The notes under the pieces were generated by a model. The model had not been told where the DNA came from, searched no databases, and saw only the letters and a program-made list of their open reading frames with translations. Source: Hydrolagus affinis (taxonomy: Eukaryota). Taken from it: 64,000 bases of DNA. Positions 1 through 11,700 of this stretch are shown one piece after another. Both the position numbers and the translations under genes were made by a program. The DNA is taken from positions 1 through 64,000 of the forward strand of contig JAAILG010000781.1 in the NCBI GenBank assembly GCA_012026655.1, read 5' to 3'. Every line of letters begins with the position of its first letter. Positions within the stretch are counted from its first letter, which is position 1.

Positions 1-141
1 GGAAGATAGGAAGATAGGAAGATAGGAAGATAGGAAGATAGGAAGATAGGAAGATAGGAAGATAGGAAGATAGGAAGATAGGAAGATAGGAAGATAGGAA
101 GATAGGAAGATAGGAAGATAGGAAGATAGGAAGATAGGAAG
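1..141 (+). repeat. (GGAAGATA)n 8-bp tandem repeat, ~17.5 copies visible, running off the window edge; intronic in KCNT1
   Basis: Perfect repeated unit read directly from positions 1-141. Confidence 0.97.
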
Positions 142-257
142 AGCAAAATTACATTCAGAAAGTCATTTTAAGTTCTCATAAGTAAACACAGGGAGCCACT
201 GACTGTCTTGACATCTGTATTGATTATCTTGTCTGATGTCTCTTCCCTTGCCTTCAG

Positions 258-342
258 ATGAAATGAATGACCATCAGAATACACTGTCATACGTTCTGAT
301 TAACCCTCCTCCCAACACACAGCTGGAGCTGAACGACATAGT
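258..342 (+). CDS. KCNT1: KCNT1 (Slack/Slo2.2 Na+-activated K+ channel) penultimate coding exon
   Basis: ttcag acceptor at 256-257 and gtacgt donor at 343; encodes [29 protein letters not shown], matching the KCNT1 C-terminal region ([12 protein letters not shown] fits KCNT1 better than KCNT2). Confidence 0.93.
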
Positions 343-571
343 GTACGTATGGTGCTGTCTGCAGCAAAGAAAAACATCTTGGCCCCTTCCAGGCCCACAT
401 CTCACCCACCAAAACAAAGTCACTTTACAGCAGACAGCATCAGTCATTTATTATTTCAGTAAAACACTTACTCTGTATAAAGAAAGTTGTATTTTAAATA
501 TAAAAACACATACACATTGAATGGTTCCTGACATCTGTGGTGACTAACTAGTGTTGGCCTGTTTCAAACAG

Positions 572-680
572 GTACCTGATCCGCTCCGATCCTTTGGCCA
601 ATGTTCAGAACGGCTCACACGACACCTCGTACCTGCCCAATGTTTCCAGCGAACAAACCAGGAACGAGACACAGTTGTGA
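572..680 (+). CDS. KCNT1: KCNT1 final coding exon ending in the PDZ-binding motif ETQL*
   Basis: acag acceptor at 570-571; in frame with the previous exon: (V)YLIRSDPLANVQNGSHDTSYLPNVSSEQTRNETQL then TGA at 678-680. Confidence 0.93.
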
Positions 681-3600
681 TCGATGGTTACTGGGCTGTG
701 TGCACACAGTCCCTCCACAGTGTGTGCGTATATAGCTGTGCACTTCAACTTTAACTGAGAAAGGGAACAACACTTGAACAACCCTCCTCAAAAATGACTC
801 CCTCCCATCACTGAGTTGGAAATGTGTGTGGGGGGTGTCAAAGCTTTTGAAGATGGAGGCAACTTTCTCACACCACCCCACCCCAAGAGTAAAAGTTGTC
901 TTGTTTCTAAGTTGAAACACCACTGGACCATCTCTGTGGGGAGGGCAAGCCATTTCCAACCTGTCGTTCAGAATAGCAACAGATTCTGCCAACAACAGAA
1001 AACTTGAAGCACTTTGTGAGGGAATACAAAGGTTTATTTAATCTATACCTCCGGGACACCACACAGGGACTGTTTTAGTGTGTACAGGGACAAACACACA
1101 CGAGAGAGAGATTGCAAACCAACTGCAGAAGATGTCATTCTCTTTTTACGCACGAGCATGCAACTGGGACCCGATTGCCAACAAGAGACTCTGGCACTTG
1201 CATGCACTGCTTTCTCACATTGAAACCCACCTTCTCTCACCCGGCTGGGTGGCTCAGACACTGTACCAAGAATGTCTCCGGCTGTTGCAAGGAGGGATAT
1301 CTGAAGGGTCTTCACCCCACCCCAGGGGGGGCACAGGTGAGGGAAGAAATACTACAATTGACGATCGAGCGAGACAGAGAAAGAGGGGAGAGGAAAAAAA
1401 ATAAAATCACACAACTGAAGGAGAATTTTTCTTTTTTATATTTACACAAGCCTGTGGGACATTGGGTCAAAGCCATTGCAGCCTGATACACAGGCTCCTT
1501 CGGTGGGAGAGAGTGTCAAAAGCACCACCTTCCTCTCTGCCCGAGCAGCAGATACAAAGCTCACCCCAAAGTCACACTCGTCAACGTCGAATTTTGTAGC
1601 CCAGGTATTTTACAAGCAGTTCCTTCCACACCTGTTGTTTGTGAAATGTTATTTAAGAGTATTTTTCCTGCCTGCCCCCCCCCCCCCCCCAAACATCTTC
1701 CCACCCCCAATTGTTTTGTTTTTAATGCTGTGACAGAACTCCTGAAGTACTCTGAAACTGTTCTTTCTGTCAATTCTTGTTCCCCCCCACCCCTCTTACT
1801 GATGGTATGAAACTGGGGACTACTGATTTGAAAGACAGCTTACAGTTACTTTGCACTGATTTAATGAATAGAATCGCTTGCCTGGTTATCCAGGTATTAC
1901 TGTAGCCTGTGTGATACACAAGCCTCTTCAATTACCCACACATTCTTTCTGTTAATCCCACAAACACAAGTGGTGAGAGATTAAGCAGCAGGGGCATGTG
2001 ACACCTTGAGCGCATAGTCAATTTTTATGCCCGTCTGTCAGCATTTCTGTGGAGCTCCTGCAGCTCAGTGATTAGAGCACTCGTCTTACAAGCCGTGAGA
2101 CCCGTGTTCAAATCCAAGCAGGTCAGGGCGAAACCTTGGGCAAGTTTCCTTACGCCACACAGCTAATAATAATCCCTCCAAAAAAAATAAATAAATTGGT
2201 CATTTCAATCCACGAAATGGTTTGTGGGAATGCTGCTGTGTTTTGCCCACAAATAGTCAATTCACAGTACATTCTGTGAAGTGCTTTGAGACACCAAGAA
2301 GATGTGGAATTTCTACAAAATAAGTGTTTCATTTTATTTTTAAAATCATCCAACGAACACATTTTAATTTTTGATCTGACAAGTAGAGTGTTTGTCATTT
2401 TATTTCCAGACCAACAAGTTGGTTTTCTGATAAGAAAAACTTTAAAAAAAAAAAAAAAAAGTTTCACTAGGTGTGTGACCAGAGAGACATACAGGTAGGT
2501 ACAGTAACTATTGGTCTTGAAAGAGAGGCAAGTACAGCTTTGCACAATTATCCCCTCTCTGTGTTACAGTGTCCCTGGTCTTCACCTACTTGATGCCACC
2601 TTCACAAGTTTTGCTGAGAAGCTAGATTCCCACTTCTGAGTTTTTTTTAAAATAAAACAAAGGTGTGTGTGCGGCTATTTTAGGAGATGTTTTACTCTGC
2701 GTTCGTGAAAGTTTGTCACCGAGTTGACATGTAATTGTCAGCCAGTTTGAACTAAGTGAGAACTTTAGATTCACCTTGTACAGTCTATTTTTTTTTATTG
2801 TTCAGCCTGATGTTAATTACAATAGACGCCAATTAATCTGGATTTTACTTTTGGACAGTTGAGGCACTTTGTGTGACTTTGCCCCCTTCACTTTCTTGTG
2901 CCAAATCAAGGCAGAGAGTCCACGTGTTAATCAGTCAATTGCTTAATCCCCACTTTACTTCAAGACCCACAGTTTGTGTTATTAGTTCAAGGGGAGCCAC
3001 GTTATGAACTGATGGCATGGCCACAATCAGTGATGAAATGATTGAAAACAACACTCAGCTGTTTTGGGGGAAAAAAAATCCATTAAAGCATTGAAGGAAT
3101 CAGGATTCACAGATCATCATGAGAAAATGAGCGAGTGCCAATATAAATAGCAACTTTGGGAGAACCCATTTGCCTCACATGTTACATTGTGGGTGATGGT
3201 GCTATCCCATCCATTGAAACTAGTGTAATACTGTACTAACTTCCACATTTTATTCCTAGAAATAATGATTCCAAAAACCACAAGCCATGTAGACAGATGC
3301 TCCTGAATTAGTCAGGCCTCACCAGTGATTTGAGGTGCATCTCAATTGCCACTTCCCACCCCAACGCAACTTTGACAACTTACAAAGGAGTCAACTGTGA
3401 AACTGCCAATATCTCACACTGCCACCAACCATTAAGACTCACTGAACAGAGTAGGCGTTTGCTTAGCACACCAGGATGCTACCCTTGCTATACAACTGCA
3501 AGTTGCTGTTTGAGACATACAGTCACTACACTTTGCTAACAGCATGATAACGGATGTGATTCTCCTAGCTCAATCACATTGTAAAGGCTTAATTCCAACG

Positions 3601-3960
3601 AAAGGTTATTAAGCACCTTACTTGCACTTTCCTCACTACACAAATAGCTCGGAATAAATTTAAAAAGACGACCTAGGTTTGAGATCTTTCAGCGCATGCC
3701 TTTTCCCCCCCCCCCTGCAATTGCAACCACAGCCATTGAAGGCATTTGCTAATCTTTTGCATCTTGTAGCTTACTTATTCCCCCCCCCCACCCCCATCCG
3801 AGAGTAGAAAACACATTGATTTAGAATGTTTAAAAACATTTGTACAGTTCAAATGAAGTAAAAATGCTTCATGTGTATGTATGTAAAAAAATTGCAATAA
3901 ATAGCTGCATGCAGCAAATGGATTGACTCATAATAAAATATTTGGATTCTTACATCAATG
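681..3960 (+). other. KCNT1: Probable KCNT1 3'UTR with poly(A) signals near 3896 and 3932
   Basis: Follows the stop codon; AATAAA in 'gcaataaa' (~3896-3901) and 'taataaaa' (~3932-3937), followed by GT-rich sequence; the end point is inferred. Confidence 0.55.
2051..2305 (+). mobile_element. tRNA-derived SINE (Deu-like core, L2-type tail) inside the KCNT1 3'UTR
   Basis: Head ggagctcctgcagctcagtgattagagcac...gttcaaatcc (A/B boxes), core gctgctgtg...cccacaaatagtcaattcac, tail ctgtgaagtgctttgagac; the same family recurs more than 15 times in the window. Confidence 0.85.
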
Positions 3961-4879
3961 TGATTTGTAAATTCTGATTAACAGGAGGGAGTGTGTAATC
4001 AGTATCTGATCAACTTTCATTCCTTTAGTGACTTAGTATCTGAAACAAGAATCCAATCTGAAACAAGAATCCAATTGATATATATTGGTACCTGAAGTTG
4101 CAGCTTAGCCCTATCAATACCAAGTCAGTCAGACCATAACTAAGCTACTTTGTGGGAATAAAATTAAGACAGAGTGAACGACTGGGAAACTAGTTCATGT
4201 CAATGAATAATCGTTAAGAACAGCAAGCAAAGAGGATATGGGGGTGGACTTTTTTTTTGAACATAAAAACTGGATTCACAGACTAAAAGCCTGTGGGAGG
4301 GGAGATGGTCTGGGACTCTAGCCTGCAAGGAGGGGGGGAGTTAAATGATTACCACTGGCTTGCAATTAGTTATCTATTGAACCTGATCTCCCCACCCCCA
4401 CCCCCCCCCACCACCAGGGAGAGATAGAAAAATTACATCACTTAGTTGATTAAGTGACTAATTAATCAGAGTCACAGAATCAATGCTCGCTACTTTATTT
4501 GCAGTGGAGTTGGATGGGGGGGGAACTCAATAAAAAAAACTACCATGAAAACACTTGCCATGAAACTAATCAGCAATTAGGTAATTTGCACTGGGACTCT
4601 CAGTCCTGCCTCAAGTGGGGGCGAGAGATTAAACACCAAACAGTTGCTTCAACTGAATCCACATTGTTACCACCTGCTCACTAATTACTTCCAATACCCA
4701 ATCTAACACAGTCAGCCTCGCCCACACCCACCAAAAAAAATACTGCAATAAAGGAGTTTCTGCAATCCAGAAAATTTCCCCTCCAATCAATCCTCACATT
4801 CCCAACCCTGGCTTCCCCATGTCCTCTACAGCAACACACAAAGCAAAGGCATTTTAAAAAAATATATAAAGAGAGATGG

Positions 4880-4885
4880 TTTATT
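4880..4885 (-). promoter_or_regulatory. Candidate poly(A) signal of LRR-A (second candidate at 4494-4499)
   Basis: tttatt on + strand = AATAAA on - strand, ~550 nt after the LRR-A stop at 5435. Confidence 0.45.
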
Positions 4886-5434
4886 GGGTGAGTTAGAACA
4901 GGCACACAAGAGGGGGAAATATATATAAAAAGGCCATATGTTTGTCATTATATACACTTTGCAAATTAACCTCACCAACCGCGAACTCCCGTATCTACAG
5001 CCTCCATCCATTGGGCTACAGTCATCACACCAAACAAACACATTTTCTTTGAAGGAAAGAGTGATGGACCATGACTAGGACCATGGCGTTGGATACTATG
5101 TGCAAAACTCTTTTTTAATAATAAAAACTACCTACAAATGCAACTCAACACAATATCTACACAAGGGATTGTAGTTAAGTTGTTTTCAACGCTCCCCACC
5201 TCCACCCACTCTCTTTTTCTCTCTCCCCCCCACACCACCAATTTCAAAATTATTTTGGATAGAAAGAAAGTCGCATTTAGGAGAGGAAGAGTTGGAGGCG
5301 TGAAAAAAAAATGAGCTGTTACAAGAGACATGCAACCAGCTGGAAAGTCTTAGGAAATACCTTGTACAGTATCACACACTGTAAAGGTCTGATAAACCCA
5401 CCCAGGCGGTTCATAGGCACACATAGAGAAAAGG

Positions 5435-7239
5435 TCATTTCACTAGAGTTTGACAATCAAATACCTGCTTCAGGTTACAGAGAGCGTTAATCACAGCCAA
5501 CTCACTGTCCAGCGAGAGTTCCCGCTGGCTGGGTTTGGGGGGTGAACCCCGACTCGCTGAGCCAGGGAGGGCCGCCCCCGAGAGTGTTATCTCGGGGCCG
5601 GTTGGTAGAGACCCAACCGTAGACTCCAACTCAACCCGACCACCAACCCATCGCCGCCGCCGTCGCTTCCAACGCAGGGATGGCGAGATACCTCCACTTC
5701 TCCCCCCACCTCTCCCCCCGCTTCCCTCTCCCCCCCCTGGCTCATTGCCCCCCACCCTGCCGACGCCCGTCTCCTCCGCCTTAACGCCCAGCGCCGCCCG
5801 GTTAATGGAAACGAAGACAGACTCCCACCTTCTGCTCGAACAGCCTGGGACCAGATGAACGAACCTTTCTCCCGGCGCGGGGTCCTCCCCGGGAAGGTCT
5901 ACCCCAAGCTGGGATAGAGTTGGAGAGCAGGCGTCACCTCTAGCCCAGGGCCGGTGGTGTCTGGCGGGGTCTGTCCGCTTGGGAGAGAGGCTCTGGGTTG
6001 AACAGACGCCCCGAACCACCTCCTCCATCTCCCCACCACCTCCCAACTCACCTTCCGCGTCCAAAACGCGGGGTTCCTGCTTCTCCAAAGCCTCCAGGTT
6101 GAGAGAGTCCCCCGGGCAGAGTCTCTGGGCGGCAGCAGCCGGTGGGAAGTTGGTGCAGAGCGGCTGAGATGTCTCCCCTCCAGGGCTGAGAGCCAAAGAG
6201 CCCGGGTCCAACCTGGAGACTCCCACCTCCTCTCCAGAGCCGCCCTCTGGTGTGAGTCCCACCCTCGCCTGGCTCCCACCTTTTGTACAGAGAGGGAGGG
6301 GGGGCAGAGGGCTGACTGGACCCACGTGAAACTCCCTGATTGCTCTGTGATGGGGTGGACTCAGTTTACCTGTGACCCACGTGGACGCGTGGGAATGTGT
6401 CCCATCGCCCCCCACACACTGGTCCAATGTGCAGCCAGGGTTACACAAGGAGCCTATTAACTCGTTGGCCTTGTATTCTGACCCTTGGCCCTCGCTCTGG
6501 TTGTCCTCCTGGCCCCAGCCCTCCCCAATCCCGGCCTTGCCCCCTTGCCGCAAAGCCTCCGAGCCCCGCTCGCTGGCGATTCCTCCTCCGCCGACCGGGG
6601 TCGAGGCCCCTTGCGCGCGGGAACCCGGAGGAAACGCAACGCGACTGACGCAGAGAGAAGTGGACCCCTGCGGGCGGCCTCCCCCTGGACTTGACTCCCG
6701 GGGGTCGGCGTTGCCGGGCCGCCCGCCTTCTCCACACTCGGGGCCGTCGCGCGTAGGCACCTCCTCGTCCGTGTCCGGTGACGGCGACGGCGGCTCCCCT
6801 TCTTCCTCCCGCTGGCTTTCCAACCTCAGAGGTGGAGGGGTTAACTGCTCTCCCGTCACGGAGTGTGCGTTCCCCATCGGAATCGATCCCTCGGGATGTC
6901 CTCCTGACGTGACAGGCGCTGGACAAATGTTCGAGTCGAGCTCCAATTCCACGCCAGCCGTACCTCCATCAGACGCCTTCACAGTCACCTTAACCCCGCC
7001 AGCCTCCCCGGCTCGGCTCGGCCATGACGCCACGGAGTCGGTGTTGGGAGCCGAGCTCACGTAGACCCGTCTCGAGGCGCCGGGGAGGTTCTGCTCCTCC
7101 GGGTCTCTTCCCCCCGCGCGATGGCAACCGGGAGAGACGGGAGCCTCTATCGCTGGAAGGACATCGGCCGTCTGGCTCGCTGATTGACTTCTTCGGTTTC
7201 CGGACGCGGGCCCCCACATTGCAGAGCTGCAAGTGGCAC
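5435..7239 (-). CDS. LRR-A exon 6 (terminal): ~600 aa Gly/Pro/Ser/Glu-rich, probably disordered distal cytoplasmic tail
   Basis: 606-codon ORF; phase-1 acceptor cttacag|GT at 7240-7241; GC/CpG-rich against an AT-rich background; frame-compatible with the phase-1 donor at 8337. Confidence 0.65.
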
Positions 7240-7471
7240 CTGTAAGATTTGTCACGCACAGAAAATCAAAGCCAACGTTTGATCAAAATCAAACCAAACT
7301 ACGGGCATTGGTGGCAGCTTAAATTCAACAGGCAAAGCTTTCTAAAAACACACCACAGTTCAGCTTTCTGAACAGCTTGTTCTTTGAACGAACGAGAGAC
7401 TTCTTTCCTTTGAGGTATTATTTTCCTCTCTTCCCGTAATCGTTCACTCTACTGTATTCACTTCTCCCTCC

Positions 7472-7933
7472 GGAGTCCTGTGGCTCAGTGGTCAGAGCAC
7501 ACGACTGACAAGCGAGAGACCGCGGTTCAGTTCCAGGCACGGTGAAACCTTGGGAAACCTTCTTTACCCCACACGCCTAATAATAATCCCTGAATTAAAA
7601 AAAACACACAAGCGTGAGACCTGTGTTTCGAATCCAGGCAGGTCAGGGTGAAACCGTGGGCAAGTTTCCTTACTCCACACACACACACACACACGCACGC
7701 TCGCGCCTAATAATAATCTGCCCCCCCACCCCCCCAAAAAAAAAAACCAATAATAAAATTGGTCATTTCAATCCACGACTGTTTATGGGACGCTGCTGTG
7801 CGCAATTCACCCACAAAATATGCACTCAATTCACTTTACAGGATATTCTGAGAAGCGCTCACTCTGAGATGCCTCAACGCAGTGATCGGGCATTATATTA
7901 AGTGCAATTACAGTATTATTATTATTATTATTA
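7472..7933 (+). mobile_element. Dimeric/nested SINE (two tRNA-like heads, one body, (TTA)n tail) in LRR-A intron 5
   Basis: Head at 7472 (ggagtcctgtggctcagtggtcagagcac), second partial head at ~7610 (caagcgtgagacctgtgttcgaatcc), core ggacgctgctgtgcgcaatt, tail tattattattatt to ~7933. Confidence 0.85.
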
Positions 7934-8337
7934 TCAAGGGAGAACTCAAAATAGGGAGTTGTGAGTCTCGGTTGATGTTCACACTCTAATCCAGGAGTGC
8001 TGAGGCCCAGCTATCAAATCAACCCAGCACTAAGATGAGGCATTTACCACACTCTTAAACAGTGTCTATGTTATTTCTTTTCTTCCTTTGCCCTTGCGAC
8101 AGCCTCTTTAAGAGGTTCCCTCTCAGCCTCTCGTTGTTTTTAAGGGGCTCCTTATCAGGTGGCTTGTTTGGAAGGGTTTGAACCGGGGTTCTGGCCTCGG
8201 AGTAAGATTTTCCGTCCCTCCCTCCGTGCGGCGCTCGCCTCACGACAGCACCGGGCCTGCACTCAGCACACAACACCGCGAATGGTACCGTGAGGTCCTT
8301 GCCCCGCTTCCTGCCGCAAAACCCAAACCCAAACTAC

Positions 8338-9186
8338 CTTCTTTGGTGAATCCCTCCACCCGATGTTCACGTCGCCGCCGGCGAGACCGTCTGTCGCGCC
8401 TTGCAGTGCTGCGGTGAGCATCTTGAACGCGCCCTTCCCTCGCCACCCGTCCGCAGTCTGTTTGTTCCAACGTAAGTCCGATGTAGCTCGCCGCTTGTGA
8501 AGCGAGTCCTGCCTCACAGAACCGGGTCGGTTCATCTCCGCCGGCTCCTCGCCCTTCCCGCGCCGCAGAACGTGTGGGGACCGTGCGGGGTCGTTGTCTT
8601 CTAGTGCCACTCGTGACTGGTTCGCTGGCAGCGGGACCGATGAGGTTGCGCTCTCCTCCCCCGTGCAACTCACCGGTAGCTTCAGCTGCCGGGGAGCGGC
8701 CGATCAAATCGATGGCATTCCCAGATGCGCTCGTTGATGGACGCTCGTTTTCCTCGGTCTCACTCAGCTCTTCGTGCGTGGCGTCAGCCACAGGCTCCCC
8801 TAACGCCTCAGTGTCCGCGTCCTCGAGTGGCCTCACGGCTTTCACTTGGTTTTGCTTCAAGAGCGCAGTTTGGAATCCCCGTTTGCAGCTTCTGGCCTCG
8901 TTGTGGAGCTGGAAGACTTGATTGAGATCCGTTGGATCTCCAGCACCCAGTGAGTTACTAGGAGTTTGACTATAAGTCCCTGTAAACGCCTGCTCCGAGC
9001 TGATTGAAAACTGGATAGTGTTTTGGGCCAAGTTATCCGCGAGGGACGGCAGGTTCGGTTTCTCGTGGACATTCAGGTTACTGTTGATAAAAGAACCGTG
9101 CTCTAAGTTGTGCTGTGATATTTTGAGACATATTGGGTGCTTCAAGGATTGCACCACTTGTTCCCTCTCCCAATGTTTCCAGATGC
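8338..9186 (-). CDS. LRR-A exon 5: proximal/middle cytoplasmic tail (read-through of the donor gives a stop at 8240)
   Basis: Acceptor ctcacag|GC ATC TGG at 9187-9188; lies in the 320-aa ORF; phase-1 donor GAAG|GTAGTT at 8337; 849 nt, frame-preserving. Confidence 0.7.
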
Positions 9187-9365
9187 CTGTGAGCGAATAC
9201 AAAAATAAACTTTTCGAATGAATAAAATTGGCCTGCGTGTGTTTTTTTTAAAAAAAATGGTTTGCACAACTAACACCCGAAAAATATTAATTTCTTACCA
9301 CGCACAAATATGTTAAAGCATTTGTGGAAAATGTACGTTCTGAAACACTTTTATTTCTCCAAGGA

Positions 9366-9626
9366 GAAAACCTTGGGCAAATTTACTTACTCCACACGTC
9401 TAACAATAATCCCTCCAAAAAAACACACAAGATACTGTACTGTGATAATATTGGTCATTTCATTCCACGACTGTTTGTAGGGGACGCTGCTGTGCGCAAT
9501 TAGCTGCCGCGTTTCGCCCACAAATACAGTCAATTCACTTTACGATATATCCTATGAAGCGCTTTGAGACGTCGATAAGATGTGAAAAGCGCTATATCAA
9601 AATACAAGCATGATTATTATTGTTAT
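9366..9626 (+). mobile_element. 5'-truncated SINE in LRR-A intron 4, with its tail abutting the exon 4 donor
   Basis: aaaccttgggcaa...gggacgctgctgtgcgcaattagctgccgcgtttcgcccacaaat...gcgctttgagacgtc...aaagcgctatatcaaa...gattattatt. Confidence 0.88.
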
Positions 9627-9630
9627 TTAC

Positions 9631-10074
9631 CTGGTTCGGTATTTCTCAGGCCTCCGTCACGTCCGGAGCGTGGATCGCCGTTGGACGCTAGATTGTTGTG
9701 TACGCGCGTGACATTCGCAGCAAGGAAACCAGGAGCCGTCTTGCAGAGTCGAATTTGCTCCCGGTTCTCGAGGACTCTTGCGCCTCTCTCTGCAGCACTC
9801 GCGCTCAGGTTTTCTTTGGCTAGATTGAAGGATTTCTCTCTGCCCGCCCTGTTGCCACAGCTCTGCGGCTCATTGTTGAACAGGTAAGGAGGGATCATGG
9901 GCACAGTCGGTGCTTTGCTGGCATCCAATTCCTTCTGCGCGCCGCCGTGCCTTATCGCTCGCGATGGCTTTGTCACACCGCCGTGTGTTGCAAGACTCGA
10001 AAACAAAACTTCTTTCAAGTCTTTCCTACAGCAGCAGAAGGCGAAACAAACAGCAAATGCCAAGCAAAATCCAC
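9631..10074 (-). CDS. LRR-A exon 4: second half of TM helix, CCC juxtamembrane cluster and start of the cytoplasmic tail
   Basis: Acceptor ttccag|GT GGA TTT at 10075-10076, donor CCAG|GTAAAT at 9630; encodes (G)GFCLAFAVCFAFCCCRKDLKEV...RNTEP; 444 nt, phase 1-1. Confidence 0.82.
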
Positions 10075-10317
10075 CTGGAAGAGACCGATTAATCAAAAGA
10101 AAAGATTCTGAAATAAGAATTGATCGCGCATCTTCAAACTATTCACGTTTCACAAAAACATTTCAATTCGATTTTTGGCTTTGTGCTCGATCCTCCTACT
10201 TGATGAAACCAGTGACACCCAACCCCAACCCCCAGTGGGTATATCAATAAGTAATTGAAGCAATATAAGAAGTGATCAAAGCGGGACTGTGCGGTCAGAG
10301 CCTGAGTAGAGGGACGT

Positions 10318-10430
10318 AATAATAATAATCCTTTCATTTGATAAATTGCGCCTTATCATGTTGTTGAGACGTCTCAAAGCGCTTTATACAATATACTGTA
10401 CTGCAAAGTGGATTGACTGTGTACTTTGTG
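10318..10430 (-). mobile_element. SINE 3' fragment
   Basis: aataataataatcctttcatttgata...gacgtctcaaagcgcttt = reverse complement of the family tail. Confidence 0.75.
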
Positions 10431-10570
10431 GTCGATAGTTATAAGGTCTCACTTTTAATAAGAACCGTAAAGCGTGGAACAAGGTGAGAGTGGATTAAAA
10501 AAAAACTATCGGCCAGTGCAATTTACCTCTTTATGAACTTGTGCGCAAAATATTGACATTTGCATCTCAC

Positions 10571-11443
10571 CTATAAATCCATAAACCGCGCTGAGGGCTG
10601 GAGTGCTGTCTGGAGGCAGGGTGGTGGGAGCTGGGGTGAAGCCCGGACCCGTGGAGGGTGGAGCGGAGGCTTGGCAGAGATTGGGACTGAGATCCAGGAT
10701 GGGTTGGCTTCGTGCGCTCTCTGGATTTCGACAGAACAAGCTTCCTGGATTCTCCAAGGCCTTGCTCAGGGATTGCAGCGTGGCGAGGAGTTGGCAGCTG
10801 CACATCCAGGGGTTGCTCTGTAGTCTCAGTCTCAGCACGTGCTCTGGGACGCCAGCTAATGTGGTCAGTCGGTTTCCACTCAGATGCAGGTCTTTCAGAC
10901 TCGTCAGAGGAGCGAAAGCATCCGGGTCAATGAACAGTAGCTGGTTGTTGGACAAATCCAGGATACTCAGGGAGCCGAGGCCAGAGAACGTGCCTATGGA
11001 TATGTATTGGATCCGATTGGAGGTTGCATTCAGGTGGGTCAGCCGTTGAACCCTCTCGAACAACCCCAGCGACAGATAGAAGATCAGGTTCCGGTCTACG
11101 TCCAATTTACGAAGCGAAACCAGGTCTGAGAACCACGTGGGCTTCAGCGTGTTCAAGGCATTGTTGCTCAACACCAACTTGGTCAGGTTTCCGAGCCCAC
11201 TCAGAGCCCCCTCTGCGATGTCGCAGCTCCGCAATCGGCTGTGAGTCATTTCCAGCTGATCCAGCACGCTGCCTCTTCTTGTGGTTGAGCTGAAGGCGTC
11301 GTTCTCAAGGTCCAGCTTTTGAAATTGGCTCATCTCCACATATTCAAGCTTTGAGAAGTTTGAGAAGGCCCCTGCCTCCAGGGTGGTGGGTTCCCCATTT
11401 CGAAGCAATATCACTTGGACCGTCCTGGGTACAGCCGTCAGAA
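10571..11443 (-). CDS. LRR-A exon 3: ~8-9 LRRs, LRRCT (NPWMCSC...C...C), Pro/Thr stalk, first half of TM
   Basis: Acceptor gtgctag|TT CTG ACG at 11444-11445, donor ATAG|GTGAGA at 10570; repeats such as LTKLVLSNNAL, LRKLDVDRNLI, LSILDLSNNQL, LKDLHLSGNRL; 873 nt, phase 1-1. Confidence 0.92.
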
Positions 11444-11539
11444 CTAGCACACAGAGCTGAGAGTTCATTTCCACAAATTCAGAGCATGAAATATACATTT
11501 TTTCCAAATCTCATCCCTAGGCAATCTGCAGACCCTGGT

Positions 11540-11700
11540 CTCTCCCACACCAATATTATCAGCCCCACCTACACTCGCCTCCACTGGCTCTCCATCTCAC
11601 AGCGGATCAAGTTCAAGACCTTCGTTCTCTCCTTCAAATCCCTCCCAACCCTACCTCCTCTGAAATCTCTTTCAACACCACTGAACCAAGCTGGCTCCCT
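11540..11700 (+). mobile_element. L2-type LINE ORF2 C-terminal fragment
   Basis: Translates to ...RLHWLSISQRIKFKTFVLSFKSL, the LHWLPxxxRIxFK motif typical of L2-clade ORF2 ends. Confidence 0.7.

Noticed and set aside
615-1773. ORFs downstream of the KCNT1 stop
   Set aside because: Random 3'UTR ORFs without coding features
2051-2125. tRNA gene-like sequences (also at 7472, 14499, 17646, 21385, 52930)
   Set aside because: They are SINE heads followed by the family body and tail, not stand-alone cloverleaf tRNAs
4038-4074. Short direct duplications (18 bp here; similar at ~20922-20957, ~53843-53875 and ~56893-56921)
   Set aside because: Two-copy slippage duplications with no spacer structure; not CRISPR-like or otherwise informative
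5535-7245. Many overlapping ORFs on both strands (e.g. 6372-7064 +, 230 aa)
   Set aside because: Expected shadow ORFs of a very GC-rich exon; no splice context or recognisable motifs
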